DNA from: Limisphaerales bacterium
GTDB lineage: Bacteria; Verrucomicrobiota; Verrucomicrobiia; Limisphaerales; SXQI01
Direction of reading: 5' to 3'
DNA length: 64,000 nt
NCBI GenBank assembly: GCA_044226545.1
Contig: JBGAGW010000012.1
Coordinates: forward strand, 66,107-130,106
In this document: in pieces, positions 9,403 through 18,681 of the stretch
How positions within the stretch are numbered: position 1 is the first letter of the stretch
Layout of the letters: each line of letters starts with the position of its first letter
The notes under the pieces: model-generated
The model's database searches: none
What the model was told of the DNA's origin: nothing
What the model saw: only the letters and a program-made list of their open reading frames with translations
Translations under genes and position numbers: made by a program

Positions 9403-10772
9403 GAGGTCGCCGCCGGATTGTTGTTGGCCGGTTGTTCACGCATCGGTCCGACAATGAACCAATACGAAAGAGTGCTGGCCGCAAGCATTACGCCGGCGAC
9501 GATGAACGCAGTGGTGTAAGAGCCGCCGCTAATTTTGATCACCCAGCCGGTGACGAGTGGTCCGACAATTCCGGCCATATTGCCGGCGAAATTGTAAATG
9601 CCGACGGCGAGGCCGAGTCCCTGCGGAGGAGTGCAGCCTTGCAAAAGCACGAGCTGGTTGGCGGTCGATAATCCGACGAGACAACCGCCCGAGATCAGCA
9701 ACAGAGCGACGTCTTTGTTCGTGGTATAAGCAGCGGGGATAATCAGGAGCCCGCTGAGAAATGCGAAACTGATGATAAGCTTGCGCGTGCGTGCCGGTTC
9801 CCAGCCACGGTGAATCAATCGATCCGCCACCCATCCTCCGAGCGGCTGACACACGCCGAAAACGAGAAATGGAATCGAGGCGCGAATGCCCGCTTCGAGA
9901 ATTGTCACGTGGCGGACATTGACGAAATAACTCGGTAACCAGGTGATCAAAAAATACCAAAAGTAATCGAAACAGAAGAAACCGATGAGCACTCCCCACA
10001 GATCGCGACTCCGCAGCAGATTCGGCAACGCTCGCCAACTGATGCCCGGTCGGCCGCTGTCGGCGGCGTGGTGATCCCGCATTTGACGCGGAGTTGCCAG
10101 AAACCAGGGAATCAGCCAAATCAGAGCGGCGAACCCGACGATGACGAAGGTTGTGCGCCAACCAAAAAACGAGAGCAGCAGACCAATCGTTAGTCCTTCG
10201 AGTACTAACCCCGTCCGGGTACCGGCATCAAAAAGTCCGCAGGGCAATCCGCGTTCAGAAAGCGGGAAGAAAAGGCTCACGACCTTGGTTCCGCCTACAA
10301 GGTAGATCGATTCGCCGATGCCGAGCAGCAGGCGGCAGGCGATCAATATACCAAGCGATGTAGCAAAGCCCGTTAGTGCCTGGGCTAGAGACCAAATCAT
10401 AAAGGCGCCCGCATAAAGCCAGCGCAGGTTAAAGCGGTCCGCGCAGAGTCCGATCGGGATCTGCAAATAGGTGTACGTCCAGAAAAAAGCCGACAAGACG
10501 AGTCCCTGCTGAACCGGATCAAGATTAAACTCCTTTGCCAGAAGAGGCATTGAGTAGGAGAGCGTCTGCCGGTCGAAATAGTTGATAAGGGAGGCCGCAA
10601 AGAGCAGCCAGACAATCGTCCAGCGGCGCGCGTTGCTCACCTTAATCGCTGCGGCGGCGGAAGGTTCAGCGACAATCGTGGAATTCGGCGCACTCACGGG
10701 CTCTCCTTGGATGGTCCTTTTGTCGCAGTTGAACCCCCGAAGTGCGAGTCTTTTTGCTTCTTGAACCTGCAC
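9399..10772 (-). CDS. MFS transporter (ACS/hexuronate-glucarate-like), translationally coupled to the Ldh_2 gene
   Basis: LINYFDRQTLS and about 12 hydrophobic helices. Its stop overlaps the downstream start by 4 nt (9399-9402). Confidence 0.85.
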   Translation of the reverse strand: MQVQEAKRLALRGFNCDKRTIQGEPVSAPNSTIVAEPSAAAAIKVSNARRWTIVWLLFAASLINYFDRQTLSYSMPLLAKEFNLDPVQQGLVLSAFFWTYTYLQIPIGLCADRFNLRWLYAGAFMIWSLAQALTGFATSLGILIACRLLLGIGESIYLVGGTKVVSLFFPLSERGLPCGLFDAGTRTGLVLEGLTIGLLLSFFGWRTTFVIVGFAALIWLIPWFLATPRQMRDHHAADSGRPGISWRALPNLLRSRDLWGVLIGFFCFDYFWYFLITWLPSYFVNVRHVTILEAGIRASIPFLVFGVCQPLGGWVADRLIHRGWEPARTRKLIISFAFLSGLLIIPAAYTTNKDVALLLISGGCLVGLSTANQLVLLQGCTPPQGLGLAVGIYNFAGNMAGIVGPLVTGWVIKISGGSYTTAFIVAGVMLAASTLSYWFIVGPMREQPANNNPAATS

Positions 10773-10876
10773 CAGTTTCTTCTGCGCTCAGGCGTGGCGA
10801 CTGCTGTATAGCTGGATTCTGTCTCGGACGGAAAGAGTAAACGAGTGAGACTTGGGGGACAGGGCAATAGAAGCGT

Positions 10877-11581
10877 CTATTCCTCCTGCTCGGCGACGAC
10901 TTGCCAGAGGTCGTTGGTGCGGCGAAGGACGAAAGATTTTTTTCCGCCATCAAACCAGGGGTGCAAGTTTACTCCGCCTTGAGAGCTGATACGAACGGTG
11001 AGATACGCTTTGTCCGGCGAATCGGATTTGTGATCGAGGATTTCCAGCTTTTCCACGGTGGCGGCCAGGGCTTTCATCATGGTCAGGTTGTTGGTTCTTT
11101 CCTGTGGCGGGGTTTTGTCCCAGCCCATCGTGGCCATGGGCATTACTCGGGACAACGATTCGATATCGCCTTGATACATGGACCAGAAAACCGTTTCCAA
11201 AGCGGCGTCCGGGGTGGACTGGCCTTTGTTAGTCAGGGAGAAAGACCGAGCCGCTTGCGGATTCGATTTGATATTTTTAATCTGTTCGCGGAGTCGCGCA
11301 TTCTCGGCTTGCATGCGTTCGATCTCTTTCCGCTTTTCGCGGGCTTGTGAGATTTGTCCGCGCAGTTTGTAGATATCGCGGTTTTCGGCACGTAGTCTTT
11401 TGATTTCCTCTGCCGTGTCGGAGGAAGCGGTTGAGGCCAAAACCTTTGAATTGTGAGCCGAGCCGCTTGCTTCCCATTGCGCGAGTTTTGCGCGAGCGCT
11501 GCTGATCTGGTTGCGTTGGACGAACGCAAAAAATGCGGCGGCCGCATTTGCGACCACCAGAACTCGGAAGAGGGTCTTCAT
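10877..11581 (-). CDS. Membrane-anchored coiled-coil protein, third gene of the ECF sigma operon
   Basis: It has an N-terminal hydrophobic helix (VLVVANAAAAFFAFV), a heptad-rich segment (IKRLRAENRDIYKLRGQISQAREKRKEIERMQAENARLREQIK) and a globular C-terminus. Its start overlaps the upstream stop by 4 nt. Confidence 0.6.
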   Translation of the reverse strand: MKTLFRVLVVANAAAAFFAFVQRNQISSARAKLAQWEASGSAHNSKVLASTASSDTAEEIKRLRAENRDIYKLRGQISQAREKRKEIERMQAENARLREQIKNIKSNPQAARSFSLTNKGQSTPDAALETVFWSMYQGDIESLSRVMPMATMGWDKTPPQERTNNLTMMKALAATVEKLEILDHKSDSPDKAYLTVRISSQGGVNLHPWFDGGKKSFVLRRTNDLWQVVAEQEE

Positions 11582-12480
11582 TCGCCCATCTCCCAGTGGC
11601 CATCACGCTGGATCAATTGTTGATCGGCGCGCATTTGAAAAACACTGCCGTCGACTTTCAACACGTTGTTGTGAATCGGGCAACGAGCATAGATCGCGCT
11701 GGAGTTCAGTTCGGAAATGCCGGGGGCCAGCATATCGTAGCTTGTCCCGACAGAGTTAAATTGTTCCCAGTTGTCGATGGTTTGTTTGCGTGCTGGATCG
11801 GCGGGACAGACGAGAATCTTCGGAGTGCTGAGCTCGCTTTTCATGGTGAGATAATCCTTAGGCAATTGAGTTTTGTCGCCGTTCTCGGTCGCCCAGATAC
11901 GTGCGGCGAGACCGACGTTCTTCAGATTGTTCACACACTTGATACGCGCGGCCCGCTTGCCTGCCTCAGCCATCGCAGCCTGAACCTCCGGGGAAAGTTC
12001 AGGATTGTTCTGCGCGAGAGCCGTCAATTCGGCCCGGAGTGCGGCGTTCTCCTGGGCAACGGCGGATCGTTGGGCCAGGATGCGATCTATTTCGTCGATT
12101 TCGTCGCGCAAGGCTGTGAGCTCTACGGATTGCTTTTGCAACTGTTCCAATTCGCGTTCAGTTGAGGTTTCTCCCTGGGATTGAGCGGTGCCGTCCGCCG
12201 GCGGCGACTGGGCGGCGAGTTCTTCCTGTGTTCGTTTGAGATCGCTCAAAGTGTTTTGCTGAAAGCCCAGCGCAGTCAACAATCCGGCCAGAACCGCGAA
12301 AAGTGCGAGGGCAGGCGCCCAACTCCGTTCCTGAAAGATGGAAAACCAATTCCGGGATTTCATTAGATTTGTTTGTTTAGCTTTGCTGGCTTGCTGGATC
12401 AGGCGCTGCTCCAGTCCGAAGGGTGTCGCTGGGGAAGGTGCCTTCCGTAAGAGTTGCTCCAATTCATTATCAGTTTGCAT
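11578..12480 (-). CDS. Putative anti-sigma factor: cytoplasmic N-terminus, one TM helix, coiled coil, pseudopilin-like ectodomain
   Basis: It sits immediately downstream of the ECF sigma gene, with an 11-nt overlap if ATG 12480 is the start. The TM helix is WAPALALFAVLAGLLTALGF. The C-terminal domain starts KCVNNLKNVGLAARIW, resembling the post-helix motif of the prepilin-like proteins in this window. Confidence 0.6.
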   Translation of the reverse strand: MQTDNELEQLLRKAPSPATPFGLEQRLIQQASKAKQTNLMKSRNWFSIFQERSWAPALALFAVLAGLLTALGFQQNTLSDLKRTQEELAAQSPPADGTAQSQGETSTERELEQLQKQSVELTALRDEIDEIDRILAQRSAVAQENAALRAELTALAQNNPELSPEVQAAMAEAGKRAARIKCVNNLKNVGLAARIWATENGDKTQLPKDYLTMKSELSTPKILVCPADPARKQTIDNWEQFNSVGTSYDMLAPGISELNSSAIYARCPIHNNVLKVDGSVFQMRADQQLIQRDGHWEMGE

Positions 12481-13057
12481 AGAACTTCCTTTCTTGAGCT
12501 TGAACTGCTCGTTGTTGCTGTTGAGGTTCGATTGCGCGGGTGCGCAGAAAATCAAGGGCGTGGCGAAGCCGGTACTTCACCGTACTGGTAGCGATGTCGA
12601 GGACCTGGCTGATGTCGTTGATGGAGAGATGTTGATAATAATGCAGATGGACCAGTTCGCGTGTCTCGTGGTCGAGCGAATCCACCAGTCGATAAAGCCG
12701 GGTCGCCAGATCACGTTCCGCAAGGCTCTCGAAGGGATTCGGTTCGTCCGACGCAAGGGAATCCCACCATTCGGGAGTTTGAGGTTCAGTCGGGTTGCGC
12801 TTGCGACGCCAATCTACGTAAACGTGATGAGCGATTGAGTGCAACCAGGTGGAGAAGCTGGATCGTCCGGTGTAATTCGTGAGCGAGTTCCAGGCCTTGA
12901 AGAAGGTTCTCTCCGTCAGATCCTCTGCGTCCTCCGCCGGGCAGAGTCGCGCGAAGAAGGCGTAAATCCGCTGGTAAAAGAGAGTCACGAGCTGCGAAGC
13001 AGCTTCCAATTCCCCATCACGGGCGCGCCGGCAAAGCTCCTGAACGTCGTCGCTCAT
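12470..13057 (-). CDS. ECF-type RNA polymerase sigma factor
   Basis: Region 2 reads LVTLFYQRIYAFFARL...DAEDLTERTFFKAW...FSTWLHSIAHHVYVDWRRKR. Region 4 reads LHYYQHLSINDISQVLDIATSTVKYRLRHA. Confidence 0.85.
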   Translation of the reverse strand: MSDDVQELCRRARDGELEAASQLVTLFYQRIYAFFARLCPAEDAEDLTERTFFKAWNSLTNYTGRSSFSTWLHSIAHHVYVDWRRKRNPTEPQTPEWWDSLASDEPNPFESLAERDLATRLYRLVDSLDHETRELVHLHYYQHLSINDISQVLDIATSTVKYRLRHALDFLRTRAIEPQQQQRAVQAQERKFYAN

Positions 13058-13202
13058 ATCTATTTGATCTATCTAGTTAGTCGTAACGCACGGGCGAGGT
13101 GGACAAAAATTTCTGCGGGGATTTCGGTCGGACTGGTGAAGAGCCTGTTCCTGACTTCATGATTTCCAGATTTGTTCAACCTCGTTTGAAGGAATTTTTG
13201 AG

Positions 13203-15989
13203 TTGACCCTCCCAAGTGGTGTTCTGAAGATTGCTGGATTGTCAGGTGCAGAAGTAACACGGTCGGTTTCAGGGCGAAGTGGCAAATCTGTGTTCGTGCT
13301 CGGAATTTCAGCGTTCTACCACGATAGCGCAGCAGCCATTGTCCGGGACGGCGAGATTATTGCGGCGGCGCAGGAGGAACGATTCACGCGGAAAAAGCAT
13401 GATTCGGAATTCCCGCGCGGCGCGGTGGAGTATTGTCTGCGGGAGGCGGGTTGCACCATCCGCGAGGTAGATTATGTGGCCTTTTATGAGAAGCCGTTCC
13501 TGAAGTTTGACCGGCTGCTGCATTCGTATCTCGCGTATGCGCCGCAGGGGTTAGCCTCGTTTTTGAAGGCGATTCCGATCTGGATCAAGGACAAGGTTTG
13601 GATGAAGGATGAAATTCGGCGCGAGCTGAATTTTGAAGGGCCGATTCTTTTTCCCGATCATCACGAGTCGCATGCGGCGTCAGCGTTTTTTCCATCGCCT
13701 TTTCCAGAAGCGGCGGTGTTGACGGTGGATGGGGTGGGTGAGTGGACGACGACTAGCGCCGGGATCGGAACGGGCAATCGGCTGGAGATTCAGCAGGAAC
13801 AATCGTTTCCGCATTCGCTGGGCTTGCTTTACTCGGCGTTTACCTATTTCACGGGGTTCACCGTGAATTCGGGTGAGTACAAGCTGATGGGCCTCGCGCC
13901 GTACGGGCAACCCACTTACAAAGATCTGATTTTAAAGGAACTGATCGACTTGAAGGAGGATGGCTCGTTCAAGTTGAACATGAAGTATTTCAATTACGGC
14001 GTCGGGTTGACCATGACGAACGACGCGTTCGCACGATTGTTCGGGGGAACTCCGCGGAAGCCTGACACGCGCCTGACGCAACGGGACATGGACATGGCGC
14101 GCTCTGTGCAGGAAGTAACCGAAGAGGTGATGCTCCGGATGGCGCGCGAGATCCATCGGCGGACCGGGCGGAAAAATCTGTGTCTTGCCGGTGGTGTGGC
14201 GCTGAATTGCGTGGCAAATGGACGCATTCTGCGCGAAGGGCCTTTCGAGAATGTTTGGATTCAACCGGCCGCCGGTGACGCGGGCGGAGCACTCGGCGCT
14301 GCATTGATCGCATGGCATCATTATTTGGACAAGCCGCGAGAGGCGGATGGAGTGCATGATTCGCAAAAGGCGTCCTTGCTCGGGCCGAAGTTTAGCAACG
14401 ACGAAATTCGTGCTTTCGTTAAGTCCAAAAACATTCGGTGTGTTGAATTAAGCGATGAACAGTTGGCGGACCGAGTCGCCGATTTGCTGGCGCAGGAAAA
14501 GGTTATCGGCTGGTTCAACGGACGGATGGAATTTGGCCCGCGCGCTCTGGGATCTCGGTCGATTATTGGCGATCCGCGGTCGCAGAAAATGCAGGCGACG
14601 ATGAACTTGAAGATCAAGTTCCGCGAAAGTTTTCGCCCATTCGCCCCATGTGTGCTGCGCGAGCATGTGCATGAGTTGTTCGACATGCGCGCGAATGAGG
14701 ACTCGCCGTACATGTTGCTGGTCGCGCCGGTGCTGAAGAAGCATCGGAACAAAATGGCTTTTGCCGAGCAGGAACAGTTGAGCCGCGAAGGGGATTTAGT
14801 TCGGTGGGTGAATGTTCCGCGGAGCACGCTGCCCGCGATCACGCACGTGGATTACAGCGCGCGGGTGCAGACGGTTGACCAACGGAATGGCCAATTCCGC
14901 AAGGTGATGGAGAAATTTTACGAGAAGACCGGGTGTCCCGTCGTCGTAAACACGAGCTTCAATCTTTCTTGGGAACCCATCGTTTGCACTCCGGCGCAGG
15001 CGTACAACACCTTCATGCAATCTGAGATGGATGTGCTGGTGCTTCAAAATTTTCTCCTGCTGAAAGAAGAGCAGCCCGTTGGGTTCCAGCCGCGGGTCGA
15101 GAGCGGAGCAACGGCGGCGCCGAACGAGTCCCCGTGGGCCGATCCTAAAACCGGCGATCCGCTTGTCGTTACGACTGAAGGGGCTATCAATCCGAAGACC
15201 GGAACTCGTTACGCAGTCGAAGAAAATGTTCCACTGCTGTTCGTGCCGACGCGCGATGGCGATAAGGTCGACGTAAAGCAGTTTTATAGGACATCGCCAA
15301 CGCCTCAGTACGAGAAGGGCGCGGACAATGTGCGGGCATTGCTCGAGAAATCACGGCAAGGAATGTTCGCGCGATTGTTGAATGAGCAGATTCCGTTCGA
15401 TGCGCGCGTCCTGGAGGTCGGTTGCGGCACGGGGCATCTCACGAATTTCTTCGCGATTGCGCATCGAAGCACGTTGGGGATCGATGTTTGCTTAAATTCA
15501 CTGCGCCTCGCGGAAAATTTCGCTCGAACGCACGGAATCGATCACGCCACTTTCGGGCAAATGAATCTTTTCCGACCGGCGCTGAAGCACGACTTTTTCG
15601 ATTACGTCATCAGCAACAATCTGCTGTCACATACGGAAGATGCGCGCGCTGCCTTCGCGAGCATCTCGCGTTTGGCCAAACCGGGCGGATACGTTTTGGT
15701 CGGCCTTTATAACAAGTTCAGTCGCTGGCTTGCGCGCCAACGACAACCAAACGAAAAGAGTCATGGGATGGACGAAGTGTTTGGTTGGCTGCGGGAGAAT
15801 AATTTGGAATTCGTGAACGCTATTCCGAAGCCAACGCCTGTGACCGCACTCGAACCGGACGAACATCTTTTCGAGCCGAAAGATCCGGGAACACGCTGGA
15901 GCCGTCTTTGGAGCCAGATTCGCGCGATCCCCAACGGTTTGCGCGACGGAGGATCGTTCATCATGATTGCGCGCCGACCTTTGAGTTAA
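13203..15989 (+). CDS. NodU/CmcH-family carbamoyltransferase fused to a C-terminal class I SAM-dependent methyltransferase
   Basis: The N-terminal ~590 aa contain LGISAFYHDSAAAIVRDGEIIAAAQEERFTRKKHD, LCLAGGVALNC, GPRALGSRSI and VVVNTSFN. The C-terminal part contains VLEVGCGTGHLTNFFA (SAM motif I). The start is uncertain: TTG 13203, or GTG 13290 or 13296. Confidence 0.85.
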   Translation: MTLPSGVLKIAGLSGAEVTRSVSGRSGKSVFVLGISAFYHDSAAAIVRDGEIIAAAQEERFTRKKHDSEFPRGAVEYCLREAGCTIREVDYVAFYEKPFLKFDRLLHSYLAYAPQGLASFLKAIPIWIKDKVWMKDEIRRELNFEGPILFPDHHESHAASAFFPSPFPEAAVLTVDGVGEWTTTSAGIGTGNRLEIQQEQSFPHSLGLLYSAFTYFTGFTVNSGEYKLMGLAPYGQPTYKDLILKELIDLKEDGSFKLNMKYFNYGVGLTMTNDAFARLFGGTPRKPDTRLTQRDMDMARSVQEVTEEVMLRMAREIHRRTGRKNLCLAGGVALNCVANGRILREGPFENVWIQPAAGDAGGALGAALIAWHHYLDKPREADGVHDSQKASLLGPKFSNDEIRAFVKSKNIRCVELSDEQLADRVADLLAQEKVIGWFNGRMEFGPRALGSRSIIGDPRSQKMQATMNLKIKFRESFRPFAPCVLREHVHELFDMRANEDSPYMLLVAPVLKKHRNKMAFAEQEQLSREGDLVRWVNVPRSTLPAITHVDYSARVQTVDQRNGQFRKVMEKFYEKTGCPVVVNTSFNLSWEPIVCTPAQAYNTFMQSEMDVLVLQNFLLLKEEQPVGFQPRVESGATAAPNESPWADPKTGDPLVVTTEGAINPKTGTRYAVEENVPLLFVPTRDGDKVDVKQFYRTSPTPQYEKGADNVRALLEKSRQGMFARLLNEQIPFDARVLEVGCGTGHLTNFFAIAHRSTLGIDVCLNSLRLAENFARTHGIDHATFGQMNLFRPALKHDFFDYVISNNLLSHTEDARAAFASISRLAKPGGYVLVGLYNKFSRWLARQRQPNEKSHGMDEVFGWLRENNLEFVNAIPKPTPVTALEPDEHLFEPKDPGTRWSRLWSQIRAIPNGLRDGGSFIMIARRPLS

Positions 15990-15993
15990 CTGA

Positions 15994-16407
15994 ATGCAGG
16001 ACGAACTAAGATCACTTTCGACGACGACGCGCGATCTCCGGAAATTCGGGCTGATGGTGGGCGGCATCTTTCTGGTGCTCGGTGGGTTTGCGCTGTGGCG
16101 TCACAAGTGGACCGCGCCGTGGCTGCTCACGCCGGGATTTATTTTGTTCGGGCTCGGATTGGTTTGGCCGCGTGCCCTCAAGTTGATCTATATCGCGTGG
16201 ATGGGCCTGGCATTTGGACTCGGGCTGATTGTTTCGAGTATTTTGCTGACGGTTTTCTTTTACGTCGTGATCACTCCGATCGGGTTGATCGCGAGATTGG
16301 CCGGAAAGGATTTTCTCTCGCTGAAGATGGAACCGAATGCCAAAAGCTTTTGGCAATCACGAGAAAAAACCGTGCTGACTGCCGCGGAATATGAGCAACA
16401 ATTCTAG
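15994..16407 (+). CDS. SxtJ-like small membrane protein
   Basis: It is 137 aa with three hydrophobic helices (LRKFGLMVGGIFLVLGGFALW...) and lies directly after a carbamoyltransferase, as sxtJ lies after sxtI. The family call is from memory of the SxtJ pattern. Confidence 0.6.
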   Translation: MQDELRSLSTTTRDLRKFGLMVGGIFLVLGGFALWRHKWTAPWLLTPGFILFGLGLVWPRALKLIYIAWMGLAFGLGLIVSSILLTVFFYVVITPIGLIARLAGKDFLSLKMEPNAKSFWQSREKTVLTAAEYEQQF

Positions 16408-17458
16408 CACCGCGCCGGGGCAAAGGAGCGAGCAATCCAGTTCGACGGTGAAGCCTTCCCGTTTTAAAGCGTTGCTCCAGAACCTTGTCCTGGCTGGAGT
16501 CGTCTTTCTATTTTGCTTTCTGGCGTTGGAAATTGTCCTGCGCTTTTGCGGCTTTGGAAATCTCGAGATTTACGCTGCCGATCCAGTTCTGTACTGGCGC
16601 CTGAAGCCGAATCAGGACTGCTTCACGAAAGTCGACCATAAGCCTGTCCACATCAATTCGCTGGGAACGCGCGGCCCCGAGTTCAGCATTACCAAACCGG
16701 CGAATACCATTCGGATTTTGTCGCTCGGCGATTCAAAGACGTTTGGCTGGGGAATGACAGAAGCAGAAGCTTACAGCGCTCTGGTCGAGCAGCATTTGCA
16801 AAAATATCTCGGCTCTCGCAAGAAGGTCGAAGTGATCAACGCAGGGGTCAATGCGTGGTCTTATCCGCAGATGTACAATTACCTGCGCGTTTTCGGATTA
16901 ACTTATCAGCCTGACATCGTTCTCCTGGCGGATGCGAACCTTTGGACGCAATTCTCTGAACAGAACAGCGCGGATTTCGTGAAGAAGTTCATGTGGCGCG
17001 TGCGGATTAAGAATTTTTTGCGGCGCTTCGCGACGTATCATTACATTGTAGAGTATCAGCTTCAGGCGTTTTACGAACACACCCGCCAGAAATTTGTGCC
17101 GATCGATCCAAAGCAGGACGAACTTTTCAAAGAGCAACAGCAGAAGGATCCAGATGCATTTTTTCGGGATTATATCGAACGAATCTGCTCCCTTTCGCTG
17201 TCGAATCACATAAAACCGGTGCTCCTTTTCATCCCGACCACACTGCAATTGGAAGAAAAGGCGGACAGTCCAGTTTTGCGGGCGAAGAAGCAGGTGGCGG
17301 CAAAGTTTAATGTTCCCCTGGTCGATCTGACGGCGGACTTGAAGCCCGAAGGGAAAAGCCTTTATTTGGATGCCGATACGGCGCACCTGAACGTTCGCGG
17401 AAATGTTATCGTTGCCAATAAGCTTTACCCCGTGTTAACAAATATCGTCGCGCAATGA
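16391..17458 (+). CDS. Membrane-anchored SGNH/GDSL-family hydrolase (putative O-acyl esterase/transferase)
   Basis: There is an N-terminal TM helix. Block I is IRILSLGDSKTFGWG. A GVNAW block and a late D..H region (DTAHLN) are also present. The gene overlaps the SxtJ-like gene by 17 nt. Confidence 0.7.
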   Translation: MSNNSSTAPGQRSEQSSSTVKPSRFKALLQNLVLAGVVFLFCFLALEIVLRFCGFGNLEIYAADPVLYWRLKPNQDCFTKVDHKPVHINSLGTRGPEFSITKPANTIRILSLGDSKTFGWGMTEAEAYSALVEQHLQKYLGSRKKVEVINAGVNAWSYPQMYNYLRVFGLTYQPDIVLLADANLWTQFSEQNSADFVKKFMWRVRIKNFLRRFATYHYIVEYQLQAFYEHTRQKFVPIDPKQDELFKEQQQKDPDAFFRDYIERICSLSLSNHIKPVLLFIPTTLQLEEKADSPVLRAKKQVAAKFNVPLVDLTADLKPEGKSLYLDADTAHLNVRGNVIVANKLYPVLTNIVAQ

Positions 17459-17549
17459 ATAAACTGAGCATCGTCAAAGAGTTTTGGAGCTTCCTGAAAG
17501 TGCGGCGAAGGGTTCCGCGCTGGCGCCGTTCATTTACAGCCTGTTCTAA
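17455..17549 (+). pseudogene. DUF5989/SxtK-like small membrane protein with its central TM-coding part deleted (two frames)
   Basis: ATG 17455 overlaps the SGNH stop (ATGA) and encodes MNKLSIVKEFWSFLKVRRR. The family's characteristic C-terminus, GSALAPFIYSLF*, follows immediately but in the +2 frame (17511-17549). The hydrophobic middle segment is absent. Confidence 0.5.
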
Positions 17550-17625
17550 AGGCGGCTGCCCAAACGCGGGTTGTCACACGGCGAAAAGGGTTTAGACTCT
17601 CGCACTGATCAGAAAAGAACACGGT

Positions 17626-18621
17626 ATGACTGAGGAGAAGGCGCGACGCCCGAGCATCCTGGAGGAATTCCTGCAGGAATTTCCCGGTGTTTGGCGAAGC
17701 ATCCCTTACAAAGGTCTCTTCACCATCTGTCTCGTGCTCTGGACTCTCCTTTTTGAATTCTTGGGCAACTCGACCTTCGGATATATCAACACCCATTCGC
17801 TTTTCGCGTGGGCAGATTATTCGTATTTGAGCGGCCAGGACGACGAACACGGCTTATTGATTCCATTTCTGGTGCTGGGATTTTTTTGGTGGAAAAGACG
17901 AGACCTCGCGACCATTGACGCAAAACCGTGGTTGCCCGCGCTCATCTTAATTGCGGTTGCACTGCTGTTGCACATCGTTGGGTTTTTGTCACAACAGACC
18001 CGCCTCTCCCTGGCCGCTTTCTTTTTTGGGCTTTACGGGCTGATCGGCCTGGTTTGGGGCCGGGAAGCGTTGCGGAAAACCTTCTTCCCAATGTGCCTCC
18101 TGGCGTTCGCGCTTCCCTTGGGCACCCTCGCGGAGACGATTACCTTTCCTCTACGGTTAATTGCCACAAAGTTCACGACTGGATTTGCAGGCACCGTCCT
18201 GGGAATCAACGTGATTCGGCAAGGGACTTTAATCTTCGACCCGAGTGGCGCGTTCAAATACGAAGTTGCGGCTGCGTGTGGCGGGTTACGAAGCCTCACC
18301 GCGGTTCTCGCACTGTGCACGATTTACGCCTTTATGAATTTTCGGAAAGCCCGAAACATCATCCTGATGATCGCGGCCGGCTTTCCTCTCGCGGTCCTCG
18401 GGAATGTGACGCGATTGGTGATCATTATCATTGTTTCGGAAGCGTTCGGTCAGAAGTGGGGCGAATGGGTGCACGACAACTCCTTTTTCAGCCTGTTGCC
18501 GTATCTGCCCCCGATTGTCGGCATTCTTTTGTTAGGCCATTTTTTGCGGGAAAAAAAGACGGAAAAACCAATTGATCCATCTCTCATGGACCCGCGCGGG
18601 CGAGTGCCTGCGACGACGTGA
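17626..18621 (+). CDS. Exosortase (EpsH/Xrt family transpeptidase)
   Basis: It is polytopic. The Cys motif is EVAAACGGLRSL, the Arg motif is LGNVTRLVIIII, and a downstream His lies in WVHDNSF. Confidence 0.85.
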   Translation: MTEEKARRPSILEEFLQEFPGVWRSIPYKGLFTICLVLWTLLFEFLGNSTFGYINTHSLFAWADYSYLSGQDDEHGLLIPFLVLGFFWWKRRDLATIDAKPWLPALILIAVALLLHIVGFLSQQTRLSLAAFFFGLYGLIGLVWGREALRKTFFPMCLLAFALPLGTLAETITFPLRLIATKFTTGFAGTVLGINVIRQGTLIFDPSGAFKYEVAAACGGLRSLTAVLALCTIYAFMNFRKARNIILMIAAGFPLAVLGNVTRLVIIIIVSEAFGQKWGEWVHDNSFFSLLPYLPPIVGILLLGHFLREKKTEKPIDPSLMDPRGRVPATT

Positions 18622-18681
18622 GATGATGAAAATTCCTTTGCCGCAGACATTTATTTTCGCGTAAGATCAAGTCTCTGATTT

